NCBI GenBank assembly: GCA_964645915.1
Contig: CAZYDH010000002.1
Location: 19,465 to 83,464, forward strand
DNA from: an uncultured bacterium
GTDB lineage: Bacteria > Fidelibacterota > Marinisomatia > Marinisomatales > JACNKV01
Direction: 5' to 3'
DNA length: 64,000 bases
Shown here: positions 50,201 to 58,326 of the stretch, piece after piece
Position numbering within the stretch: the stretch's first letter is position 1
Layout of the letters: each line of letters begins with the position of its first letter
Notes under the pieces: generated by a model
The model's input: the letters and a program-made list of their open reading frames with translations, nothing else
Told to the model about the DNA's origin: nothing
Databases searched by the model: none
Made by a program: the position numbers and the translations under genes

Positions 50201-50882
50201 CGGAATAAATTTCTGCCTCATGCAATTCAGAAGCAGATTGATTATAGTACACATTAGAACCGGGATAACCTAAATTTCTTCGGGAAATTTCTTGTCCATT
50301 GAGATATGCAACATATCCATCATCATAATCTAAATTAAAAACAGCTTTTTCAACGATACTCGGATCTTCGATATAAATAGATTTTCTTACAAATACCGAA
50401 ATGGTTTGAGGGATGATTGTATTATCATCTGAATCTCCATAGCCAAAACCACTTTGACCATTTGACCAATTGGAATCATCAAAAGATAATTCTTTCCAAT
50501 GAACTGTCGGGTTGGAATTACCGACAAAATATTTCCATTGATCTCCCCAGTCAATTACAGCATCCCATTGACTGATTATGTCTGTACGATTCTTCTCAGA
50601 AGCGAAAACAACAAGAAATTCTTCCGGTTCTATTAAAAGATCAGGGAACGTCCATTTATCTAAGTCTCCTGCATCATCTGTCAATCCATATCCGGAAAGA
50701 TCAAGATTTGATCCTGAAGAATTGTAAAGCTCGATCCAGTCAGGTGTGTCACCATCTTCATCATAAAGTGTGAAGCCATTACTAGACATAACCTCATTGA
50801 TTTGGATTGATTGTCCAATAACAAAAGTGAGAAACAATAGTATGGATAATAATTTTTTCATTATTGTAATTATATACTCCAT
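47286..50882 (-). CDS. Secreted multidomain LTD-CotH-LTD protein with T9SS C-terminal sorting domain
   Basis: 1198 aa with a signal peptide (MKKLLSILLFLTFVIGQS; the start may be 50861). Approximate residue ranges:
- Lamin-tail-like domain, aa 26-98 (INEVMSSN...DWIELYN).
- Beta-sandwich region with FDDSNWSNGQSGFGYG.
- Chitobiase/Fn3-associated-like segment (IYFTIDGSEPT).
- CotH-kinase-like core, aa 450-800, with WRWILFDTDFGFG.
- Second LTD, aa 935-1075 (VINEINYNS...DWIELHN).
- Terminal LEQNYPNPFNPITTIQFSL...YFYQLK T9SS type-A sorting domain. Confidence 0.8.
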   Translation of the reverse strand: MEYIITIMKKLLSILLFLTFVIGQSIQINEVMSSNGFTLYDEDGDTPDWIELYNSSGSNLDLSGYGLTDDAGDLDKWTFPDLLIEPEEFLVVFASEKNRTDIISQWDAVIDWGDQWKYFVGNSNPTVHWKELSFDDSNWSNGQSGFGYGDSDDNTIIPQTISVFVRKSIYIEDPSIVEKAVFNLDYDDGYVAYLNGQEISRRNLGYPGSNVYYNQSASELHEAEIYSGGFPESIWLDINEVPLIAGENVLAIEVHNYNIYSSDLSCIPFLTFGYNTIQTNVREPNPSINLPIFYLHTNFKINSNGENLILSTPLGETIDSVYTGIIHRDISLGRLLEGDTWGIFSEPTPNSSNNTPPYIGTLLPPGFSQPSGFYPNGQTIYLSLTSEIPNAQIYFTIDGSEPTTSSLLYAYPIPINSNRVVRAKVFLSGWYESKTQSKTYIFDESHPETVPVVFLATDSEHLFNEETGIYEMGSNASPDFPHFGANFWEDWERPIHFEILENDGTGFNANAGVKIFGAWSRGYPQKSMAIFARGQYGPTEFDYPIFPDHSIETFEAFILRNSGNDWISSMLRDGFITGLANGQNVDYQQYRPSIVYLNGEYWGIFNLREKVNEHYLASNHGVDPDQVDLLEGNNSVIHGTNTDYLNLIEYLETHNINDPSVEIALENWMDLDSYLKYQGIQIFSDNRDWPGNNVKYWRDHQPEGKWRWILFDTDFGFGIWDQNAFTYNTLEFASDPNGPGWPNPPWSTYLFRRILQNDHFKHRFINLYCDLINSVLSANHLHQRLDSIVDTIIDLIPHHQERWAIPWGGGCCWGDGSAINWDNDLNTMYNFINYRQVYARIHVRDKFNLPNIALINIQTIPEQGNVQVNSLEISEPNWSGYYFPTVPIYVKALPKNGFDFVGWAEFPDSSAEMNISISDPFYLTALFEPNGQTPGTVVINEINYNSNNAFDPDDWIELHNPGETSIDISNWVVKDDDDGHAFNIPEGTTVLPDQYIIISKDLNQFTYHFPDVVDVVGPIGFGLSGSGDQVRVFDSNGVLIDSVQYDDNTPWPSGPDGNGPTLELVNPSLENSAPESWSASTVDYGTPGLQNSTFEILSITDDYGIPTRISLEQNYPNPFNPITTIQFSLPFASHSEMTIYDITGREIIRLLSANLDVGRHTIQWNGRDHFGKQVSAGLYFYQLKTGEFVETKKMILLK

Positions 50883-50888
50883 ATGGAA

Positions 50889-50909
50889 ATTACCGAATAA
50901 ATCGGTAAT
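50889..50909 (-). promoter_or_regulatory. Perfect 8-bp stem, 5-nt loop hairpin between GH3-PA14 and the CotH gene
   Basis: ATTACCGA (50889-50896), ATAAA, TCGGTAAT (50902-50909). No U-tract follows on the transcribed (minus) strand, so this is not a canonical terminator. Function unknown. Confidence 0.3.
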
Positions 50910-50944
50910 ATAAAATTGATGTAGATCATATTTATTAAAAGATT

Positions 50945-53476
50945 TTATATGACAGTAATCATAACTCTTTGTTTGATATCAACAGAAGAACTTCCGATAA
51001 GGATCTCAAATGTCCCTGACTCGACTTCCCAAGAATGACTTTTGGGGTTATAAAATGAAAATGAATCTTTATCTAAAATGAACTGAACTGTTTTATCTTC
51101 ACCTGGTTGTAACTGAACTTTATCAAATGCTTTGAGTTCTTTGATCGGGCGTGGGAGAGAGGACTCATTATCTGAAACATATAATTGAACAATTTCTTCA
51201 CCATATCGATCTCCGATATTTTTCACTTGAACACTTACAAGTACATTATCATCAATTGTATATGTGCTATTATCAGTTTTGATCTTTTCGTATTCGAATT
51301 CGGTATAAGATAAACCAAATCCAAATGGGAAGCGTGGTTTCTCTGGAGATTTATCCCAATGACGGTAACCTAAGAAAATACCTTCTCCATAAAAAACTTG
51401 ATTATCATTATCATGATCGAAGTAATACTCATAAGTTGGATTATCTTCAATATGATGCTCAAATGATATCGGGAGTTTTCCCGAGGGGTTTGTTTCTCCA
51501 AACAGAATTTCAGCTGCAGCAAGATTTCCTTCCTGACCGGGATACCAAGCCATTAATAGCGCATTAACGTTATCGATCCAACTTTCCATCTCTACATTTC
51601 CGCCTGCGTTCAAGACTACAATAATATTGTCATTTACCTCTGAAATAGAATTGATCAGATTGCTTTGGTCATATGGCATCTCAAATGTACGATCAAATGC
51701 TTCACCTTCCAAAGATGCGTTAAATCCAACCGCCATGATCACTAGGTCAGAGTTTTTTGCTGCTTCAATTGCTCGTGATGGATATTGATCCGGAAGAATG
51801 TCCATTACGGTCTTTTTAACCCCTAATCTAAGTCGTGCATCTCCACCGGCTTGATAATACTCAATGACAACTTTATATTCCTGACCGGCATTTAAAAAAC
51901 ATTCATATTTTGCCCTAGTATCTCCTTGATCTCTCCATAACTCTAACACATTGGTATCATCAATGAGGAGTCGATATCCATCATCCCCGGAGACACCGAT
52001 ACAATAATGTCCGGTTTCATTGGGTGTATAATAACAAGTGAACCGTGCAGAAAAATCAGTTTCCGGAACATCAGGTTTATTCCACATGTCTTCATTGACT
52101 AGAGCCAGTTTACTGTAAAATCCGGAGTAAATACTCTCTCCGGACAATGTTTTTCCTTTGAAAAAGTCCACGTTTACTCCTTTAAGTTGTTTACCATCAT
52201 CATAGACATAAAAATCGAAATCATTAAATATTCCTTCAGGAAATTCCACTCCGGTGAAAATTCCTTTTTCAAAAATAATGTCCAATTTATTGTCGGTAGT
52301 TTGCTTAATAGCATCGACCAATGATAATGGATATCTTGGTTCAACAGTTGAACTTCCTCCTCCACCGGTAACTGCAGGATGTCCATTTGGTCCGATAATT
52401 GCGATCGAATTGATATTATCTGCTTGAAGGGGAAGTATTTGATCTCTGTTTTTAAGGAGAACCATACCACCTCGTGCAGCCGCTAAAGAAGTTTGTCTGG
52501 CAAATTCATGATCAAACGAATATCCTTTGCTGCGATCTGGATTTTCAAACAATCCAAATCGGTGATAAACAGATAGAATTCGACGGACTTTATCATCAAG
52601 TATTGATTCATCCAATTGACCTGCCTTAATTGCAGGAATCAATGTTTCAGGACTCATCATCTTTCCGGAAGGCATTTCAAGATCAAGTCCACCATTATAG
52701 CATGCTACACCATTATAAGTTGAAACCCAGTCAGAGACAACAAAACCTTCAAATCCCCAATCCTCTTTAAGAATATTATTAACTAAATAATCATGCTCTG
52801 AAGCATGGATACCGTTAATCAGGTTATAACTTGTCATTACAGAAGCAACACTTCCTTCTTGTACAACTGTTTTAAATGCAGGAAGATATATTTCATGCAA
52901 TGTTCTTTCATCCATATCTGAAGAACAGTGATGCCGATTGAATTCTTGATTATTTGCCACATAATGTTTTGCTGTGGCGATCATTTTTTCACTTTGCATT
53001 CCAATCGTATACTCTTTTGCTAGTTGTCCGGCAAGAAAAGGATCTTCACCAAGATATTCAAAATTTCGACCACATAAAGGTAATCGATAGATATTAAACC
53101 CCGGTCCAAGCATAACATGAATATTTTTTGAACGGGCTTCACCGCCGATTGCTTTACCAATATTAAAAGCCAGTTCCTTATCCCATGAAGCAGCAAGATT
53201 GATAGATGCCGGGAAAGCCGTTGCTTTCCCAAAATTTCGAATTCCAACAGGACCGTCTGCCAAATAAGCTTCGGGGATTCCTAAATGTTTATACCCTCTA
53301 ATATTATATCCTTTATATCCTCCGATAAAGTCAATTTTTTCTTCCAACGTCATTTTGGAGATCAATTCATCAACATCTATGTCATTTTGATTATGGATAT
53401 GAATATTGTTTGAGCATCCACTGATGAGAATTAATAGAACAATAAAGAGTAATTGGATATATTTTTTTTGAATCAT
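50945..53476 (-). CDS. Glycoside hydrolase family 3 beta-glucosidase with inserted PA14 domain, predicted lipoprotein
   Basis: Lipobox LILISGCS. GH3 N-terminal barrel with nucleophile motif GFVVSDW. PA14-like insert (FSARFTCYYTPNETGHYCIGVSGDDGYRLLIDD...YYQAGGDARLRLG). C-terminal Fn3-like domain. Confidence 0.88.
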   Translation of the reverse strand: MIQKKYIQLLFIVLLILISGCSNNIHIHNQNDIDVDELISKMTLEEKIDFIGGYKGYNIRGYKHLGIPEAYLADGPVGIRNFGKATAFPASINLAASWDKELAFNIGKAIGGEARSKNIHVMLGPGFNIYRLPLCGRNFEYLGEDPFLAGQLAKEYTIGMQSEKMIATAKHYVANNQEFNRHHCSSDMDERTLHEIYLPAFKTVVQEGSVASVMTSYNLINGIHASEHDYLVNNILKEDWGFEGFVVSDWVSTYNGVACYNGGLDLEMPSGKMMSPETLIPAIKAGQLDESILDDKVRRILSVYHRFGLFENPDRSKGYSFDHEFARQTSLAAARGGMVLLKNRDQILPLQADNINSIAIIGPNGHPAVTGGGGSSTVEPRYPLSLVDAIKQTTDNKLDIIFEKGIFTGVEFPEGIFNDFDFYVYDDGKQLKGVNVDFFKGKTLSGESIYSGFYSKLALVNEDMWNKPDVPETDFSARFTCYYTPNETGHYCIGVSGDDGYRLLIDDTNVLELWRDQGDTRAKYECFLNAGQEYKVVIEYYQAGGDARLRLGVKKTVMDILPDQYPSRAIEAAKNSDLVIMAVGFNASLEGEAFDRTFEMPYDQSNLINSISEVNDNIIVVLNAGGNVEMESWIDNVNALLMAWYPGQEGNLAAAEILFGETNPSGKLPISFEHHIEDNPTYEYYFDHDNDNQVFYGEGIFLGYRHWDKSPEKPRFPFGFGLSYTEFEYEKIKTDNSTYTIDDNVLVSVQVKNIGDRYGEEIVQLYVSDNESSLPRPIKELKAFDKVQLQPGEDKTVQFILDKDSFSFYNPKSHSWEVESGTFEILIGSSSVDIKQRVMITVI

Positions 53477-53483
53477 AATGGTG

Positions 53484-54857
53484 CTATTTGTTATTGTCGT
53501 TTAGTGGAGGTAAAAGTAGATCTTTAAATAATGAATCTTTGTTTCCATCATATGTTTTTACGATTGGATTTTCACCTCTATGAATGTTATTAAATGTTCC
53601 GTTATCTACTAACTCCCATAAGGCATATTTTGCTTTTCCCTCAACGGTGAAAAGTCCAAAATGTGATTCACTTCCTTTTTCTCCACCTTTCCAAGGCTCA
53701 TTGAATGCTTCAAAATAAAAACAGCTTATATTGTTTTGAAAAGTCCACTTTGAGATTGAATCATAATAGAGTTTCATTTTGATTTCATCCGTCGCTCCTG
53801 AGCCGGGAGTTGTATAGATGTCATCGTCTACCGTTGCCCATCCTGTCTCTCCAATATGGATTGGTTTTACGCAATTTATTTCCTGTAGATAATTTTTTAC
53901 CAAATTATATTGATTAACTGCACTTGCAAACGCAGCCTTCAGGCGGGATTGGACAATTTCTTCAGTGGTCTTTTTCTGGTCTTTTTCTGTCAATTGCCAA
54001 AATCCGGGATTCCAATGAGTATCATGAAAAGGATATGTATGAAGTGAAATAAAATCGATTGCATGCAATAGTTCAATTAAAGAATCTTTTCTGTATTGAT
54101 CTTCAGCACCCCAAACTGCAAAATTATCTGAAGAAGTGATCAATACATCTTGTGGAAGTAAGTAACCGTTTACCGGAGCGATTTTTGCCTTTTGTGCATA
54201 GTTAACGTATTTCAAGATAATTTCAGATGATACCCAATGTGCTTGCCAGGTCACCATTGCTTCATTCCCGACTGCAATAATTTTTACGATATCAGGATAC
54301 TTAGAAGCCAATTCGATTGCATAATCCATTTCGGCTATATTTGTTTCAATGTCCTCTTTAGTGTGGTCTACACTATCGGTATATGATCCTGCACACTGTA
54401 TCCATGCACCCAGCATTACATACATTTCAAAATCCGGGTCATCCTGTTTCAATTGATGGATAGCTTCTAAAAGACGTGTGGCATGTAGATATTGCTGAGT
54501 GTCATAAGTCCGTAATAGTTTAATCCCCATTGCAGCCATGATTTTCATATCTTCTTTTAACTCAGCGGTGGATGGACAATAATCATTTTTATCAGGAAGA
54601 TTATCTCCGCGGGTTGGTTTTCGATATCCGGAAAATGATATAGCAGGATATTGTTTGTTTCCTAATAACAAATCTCCGTTATCAAGGGAATAATTGTTTC
54701 TCACTGAAGTTTGAATTTCATTGACCCATTGATCACCCAAGTAATGGTTATCAATGATTTTGGACGAAACATCTATTTGTGGGTATAGAATATTTCCTAC
54801 AAGAACAACCGTCATACTCAATAATGTGAAGTGAAATCGGTTAGAAATAAGCTTCAT
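53484..54857 (-). CDS. Glycoside hydrolase family 17-like (beta-1,3-glucan hydrolase/transglycosylase)
   Basis: N-terminal hydrophobic leader. Clan GH-A barrel with acid/base motif AVGNEAM and nucleophile motif IGETGWAT, the GH17 signature pair (GNE ... ETGW). Confidence 0.7.
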   Translation of the reverse strand: MKLISNRFHFTLLSMTVVLVGNILYPQIDVSSKIIDNHYLGDQWVNEIQTSVRNNYSLDNGDLLLGNKQYPAISFSGYRKPTRGDNLPDKNDYCPSTAELKEDMKIMAAMGIKLLRTYDTQQYLHATRLLEAIHQLKQDDPDFEMYVMLGAWIQCAGSYTDSVDHTKEDIETNIAEMDYAIELASKYPDIVKIIAVGNEAMVTWQAHWVSSEIILKYVNYAQKAKIAPVNGYLLPQDVLITSSDNFAVWGAEDQYRKDSLIELLHAIDFISLHTYPFHDTHWNPGFWQLTEKDQKKTTEEIVQSRLKAAFASAVNQYNLVKNYLQEINCVKPIHIGETGWATVDDDIYTTPGSGATDEIKMKLYYDSISKWTFQNNISCFYFEAFNEPWKGGEKGSESHFGLFTVEGKAKYALWELVDNGTFNNIHRGENPIVKTYDGNKDSLFKDLLLPPLNDNNK

Positions 54858-54869
54858 AGTGATTCTCCT

Positions 54870-57800
54870 TTAAGTTAGAAGAGTATGAGAAATTGAAACG
54901 TTAATTTGTTTAATTTTATTAGCCCTCTGAAAAATAGACGTTGAAATATCTTGGTTGAGTTCGAGCCCACCAATGGTTTCAAGTTCATTGTTAGAGTAAG
55001 TAATTGTTATTTGATTGTTATCAGAGATAGTATAAACAATTGGTGTTTGTACAAATGTGAAAGCCAAATTGTTTTTATGAAGTGATATTGTATTTTTCTC
55101 CCCTGAAATATTGTAGTAAGAAAACTCATTCTCATCTATGAGAAATTCTGATTTTCTAATCAGGTTTGGTTTGAAAATTATATGCCCTTCGTCAACGGTA
55201 ACCCCTAATTCCCCAAACCTGGTAATATAATCTTCTTTTACTTGACCGGTCATCCCGGGTTGTTGGACACCACAATGTTCAGGAGTATGCGAATAGGGGT
55301 CGGTAGGGAAGGCCCCATACAGAGCCGGGTTTTTATGGACACCAATTCCATTTTTAATTTCGTAGTATATGGACTTTAGTTCAGTTAAGGTCTCGGAATC
55401 AGCATTTTCAGATAAAGCGGTATAATAGATTTCATTAACAGCTAAAAGAAGTTTTGAAACCATATGCCAATATATACTTCCTAATCCTTCATATTTAAAG
55501 AACGTTCCTGATCGACCAGTGAATGATTGGTGATCGAATATTTTCTCATAAATATTCAATACATCTAAGATATCCTCTTGAGAAAACCGATTTAATTCTA
55601 CTAATTTATCTTTTAACAGTCTTGAATTACTAAACTGATTGTTGAAATGGATGTTTCCTTCAATATCTACTTCGATAATATCAGTGCTCTGCTCTTGAAT
55701 AAGTTGTTTTAATACGGTTGAGGTATTTGCTAATTCATTCGGAATAATGTTTTTCTCGGTGAAATGTGGTAGTCGCCGGTTTGGATACAGAATATAACTT
55801 TGTTGATCTTCTCTGTATAATGAGCTTGAACGTAGAACTTTTAATAAATCTAAAGCTTTTTTTGTATCTAAATATCTTGAGCTGAGAACAGATACTTGAC
55901 CTTCTAGCATTTCATATAAATGCCTGATCTTAATTCCATTATTTGAATCAAATTGAATCAAATTATATGCATTGTATAAATGGTCTTCCCGTTCATTTAT
56001 TTGAATGGAGTGATCAATGTGCTCCATCCCAATTTCTAGAAATGATAATAGACTTTGAATAGGTAGCGGACTTTTCTTCCCTGAGAATCCATCTGAGTAT
56101 ATACGAGCACGGTGATTTGAACCTGCGGTAGATAAAATATCGGTGATCTTCTTGCGGTCTTGGTCTGATAAGGGTTTAGATAGATAGCTGTGTGTGTTGT
56201 GCAATCCTTCAAATATATGTTGGAATAACTTGATGACCTCATCAGAGATAGAAATTTCACTAATATTTACTTCTTTTAATAAATCTTGTAGGAATGTAGT
56301 ATATCGCCTAAGGTAATATAAAGTAACCATCGATGTCCCATTTCCGACCAATGCATTATTAGCATCATTCCATTCGGGACGTTGAGTATTCATCCAAATC
56401 CCTGCTTCAGGAATAAAATTAGAGAATTTCACTAACATTGGGATTAGGAGTTTTTCAAGCATCGAAACGTGATATAATTCCCCATTTGGGTCATGATGGA
56501 ATTTTCCATCGGTGCCTATCTTTTCTACTCTATCTAAAAGGAGTTTGTTTAGATCAAAGTCAAAATCAACCGTAATGTGATGATCTTTTTGTATTTCAGA
56601 ATATGGTTTAATTTTATAAGGTACATTAGCATAGGAATAGATATTTTTTTCTAAAAGACTGAGTAGCCTTCCCGGGTGATATTTATGTGATATCTCTAAT
56701 AATTTTAGAAGATAAATAATTTGGTGATCTCCCCAGTAACCAATATAGGTCCACGCATCATCCGGATTCAATACTTCCCAATCAAAACCATCACGAACTA
56801 CTCGATATGGGTTATAACCATCAGCAGTAGAAGCATTTAAGAATTTGGTGATCATTCCTTCTATATATTCAGGGAAGGAAATAGCTAGTGCTTCCCAATT
56901 TTGAAAGATATCTCGCCAATTCCCTTGATAGTTTAGCGTTTTTACACCTTGTTCATCTTTTAACTCTATCGAAAAGTTATTCCATGGACGGCTAGGATCT
57001 CCATGCCTTCTGCTAAAACTGAGGGGTAGATACTCAAAATAAAGTCTTTCAAGATCTGGATGATCTATTTTTTTTATCTCCGATATATGAAAATAATCAG
57101 GTAAATGTTCCAACAATGAGTTAAACTGAGATTGTTTAGGCTTATTAGCTTGGTAAATGTATCCTAGAAAATCTTCTTTGCTGATCATATAATTATCATC
57201 AAAGATTCCCCCACGCATAATATTAAATAGTGTGTTTGAGCAATGCCGAAAATTGTTTAGTGTATCGCGAGTTAATTGAATTCCATCTGCCTTGGCAATT
57301 TTCTTGAATAAATTTTTATAGCTTTCTTGAATTGATTGCTGAAGTTTAAAGTTCAAGTCCTTGTCATTAATGATTTTATGCGATAATAATGCTACCTGAG
57401 ATTGGTTTTTATTAATATCAGTTACAAAATTCCATTCTCTTGTTTGGTGCTGGTTCAAAACAAATTCAGTATGGATAAAATAAGCACCGCGACGTGCTCT
57501 AATATTGTTTTCGGGGTTAACCTTCATTGTTTTTCGGAAGGTATCTAACTGTTCTGACGATAATAAAATGGTGGGATCTTGTAATCCAAATGACCAAACA
57601 GTTGTAGCCGTTAATGACTCACTGGGCTCTGCTCGATCAACTGGAATAGAGCTTAACATAAAAAGTCCTAAATTGGAGTCTGGTATCAACTCATTTTTTT
57701 TATATCCGTCAATTAACGTACTATATTCTAATTGGAATTTTCTATCTACTCCTGAAGGAAGAATATTCTGAATCCCATCACACATATTAATTGTGATTTC

Positions 57801-58313
57801 CTCTGAACTGTTATTAATAATTCGTGATCTTTTAACAAATCCAAACTCATCACAATTATACCAGCTATACTGAAAAGTCACATTAAGATCGTGGTTGATC
57901 TCTTCAAAAAGGATATGATTCCCTAAAATATTCTTATACAGATTTCTTTCTAAAGAATATAACCCTTCATACTTATGTGAAAATGGTTCCCATAAAAATG
58001 TTTTATCAGACGTGTGAATAAATACAATAGTTTTACTACCTGTGATTTCAGAGGAATCATGAATTCGGTCATCGGTATAATACGGGAATATGGCATTGTC
58101 AGGGTTTTTTCTACCAGCAGATAAAGCTCCGTTGCTAGAGAGAAACATCCATAGATCAGAATCACTAACGATGCTCATAAAAAAAGGAGGGATTAGATCA
58201 TAATTCGAAATTTGATAATATGGCTTACCATCCAAAGTGACGACTTCACCATGAATATCCTCATTTGAATGTTTAAACTTTGCATTCCCTATATAAATAG
58301 TGTTTTGATTCAT
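54870..58313 (-). CDS. Large cytoplasmic glycoside-phosphorylase-like protein (candidate GH94/GH149/GH161-class beta-glucan phosphorylase)
   Basis: 1147 aa with no signal peptide or TM segment. It is embedded between GH genes with 12-13 nt gaps. The RPEWNDANN motif (aa 645-653, nt 56355-56381) resembles the xDWND catalytic-Asp motif of GH94-type phosphorylases as I recall it. Size matches the roughly 1100-aa beta-1,3- and beta-1,2-oligoglucan phosphorylases. Family not verified. Confidence 0.45.
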   Translation of the reverse strand: MNQNTIYIGNAKFKHSNEDIHGEVVTLDGKPYYQISNYDLIPPFFMSIVSDSDLWMFLSSNGALSAGRKNPDNAIFPYYTDDRIHDSSEITGSKTIVFIHTSDKTFLWEPFSHKYEGLYSLERNLYKNILGNHILFEEINHDLNVTFQYSWYNCDEFGFVKRSRIINNSSEEITINMCDGIQNILPSGVDRKFQLEYSTLIDGYKKNELIPDSNLGLFMLSSIPVDRAEPSESLTATTVWSFGLQDPTILLSSEQLDTFRKTMKVNPENNIRARRGAYFIHTEFVLNQHQTREWNFVTDINKNQSQVALLSHKIINDKDLNFKLQQSIQESYKNLFKKIAKADGIQLTRDTLNNFRHCSNTLFNIMRGGIFDDNYMISKEDFLGYIYQANKPKQSQFNSLLEHLPDYFHISEIKKIDHPDLERLYFEYLPLSFSRRHGDPSRPWNNFSIELKDEQGVKTLNYQGNWRDIFQNWEALAISFPEYIEGMITKFLNASTADGYNPYRVVRDGFDWEVLNPDDAWTYIGYWGDHQIIYLLKLLEISHKYHPGRLLSLLEKNIYSYANVPYKIKPYSEIQKDHHITVDFDFDLNKLLLDRVEKIGTDGKFHHDPNGELYHVSMLEKLLIPMLVKFSNFIPEAGIWMNTQRPEWNDANNALVGNGTSMVTLYYLRRYTTFLQDLLKEVNISEISISDEVIKLFQHIFEGLHNTHSYLSKPLSDQDRKKITDILSTAGSNHRARIYSDGFSGKKSPLPIQSLLSFLEIGMEHIDHSIQINEREDHLYNAYNLIQFDSNNGIKIRHLYEMLEGQVSVLSSRYLDTKKALDLLKVLRSSSLYREDQQSYILYPNRRLPHFTEKNIIPNELANTSTVLKQLIQEQSTDIIEVDIEGNIHFNNQFSNSRLLKDKLVELNRFSQEDILDVLNIYEKIFDHQSFTGRSGTFFKYEGLGSIYWHMVSKLLLAVNEIYYTALSENADSETLTELKSIYYEIKNGIGVHKNPALYGAFPTDPYSHTPEHCGVQQPGMTGQVKEDYITRFGELGVTVDEGHIIFKPNLIRKSEFLIDENEFSYYNISGEKNTISLHKNNLAFTFVQTPIVYTISDNNQITITYSNNELETIGGLELNQDISTSIFQRANKIKQINVSISHTLLT

Positions 58314-58326
58314 AAGACTACTCGTT

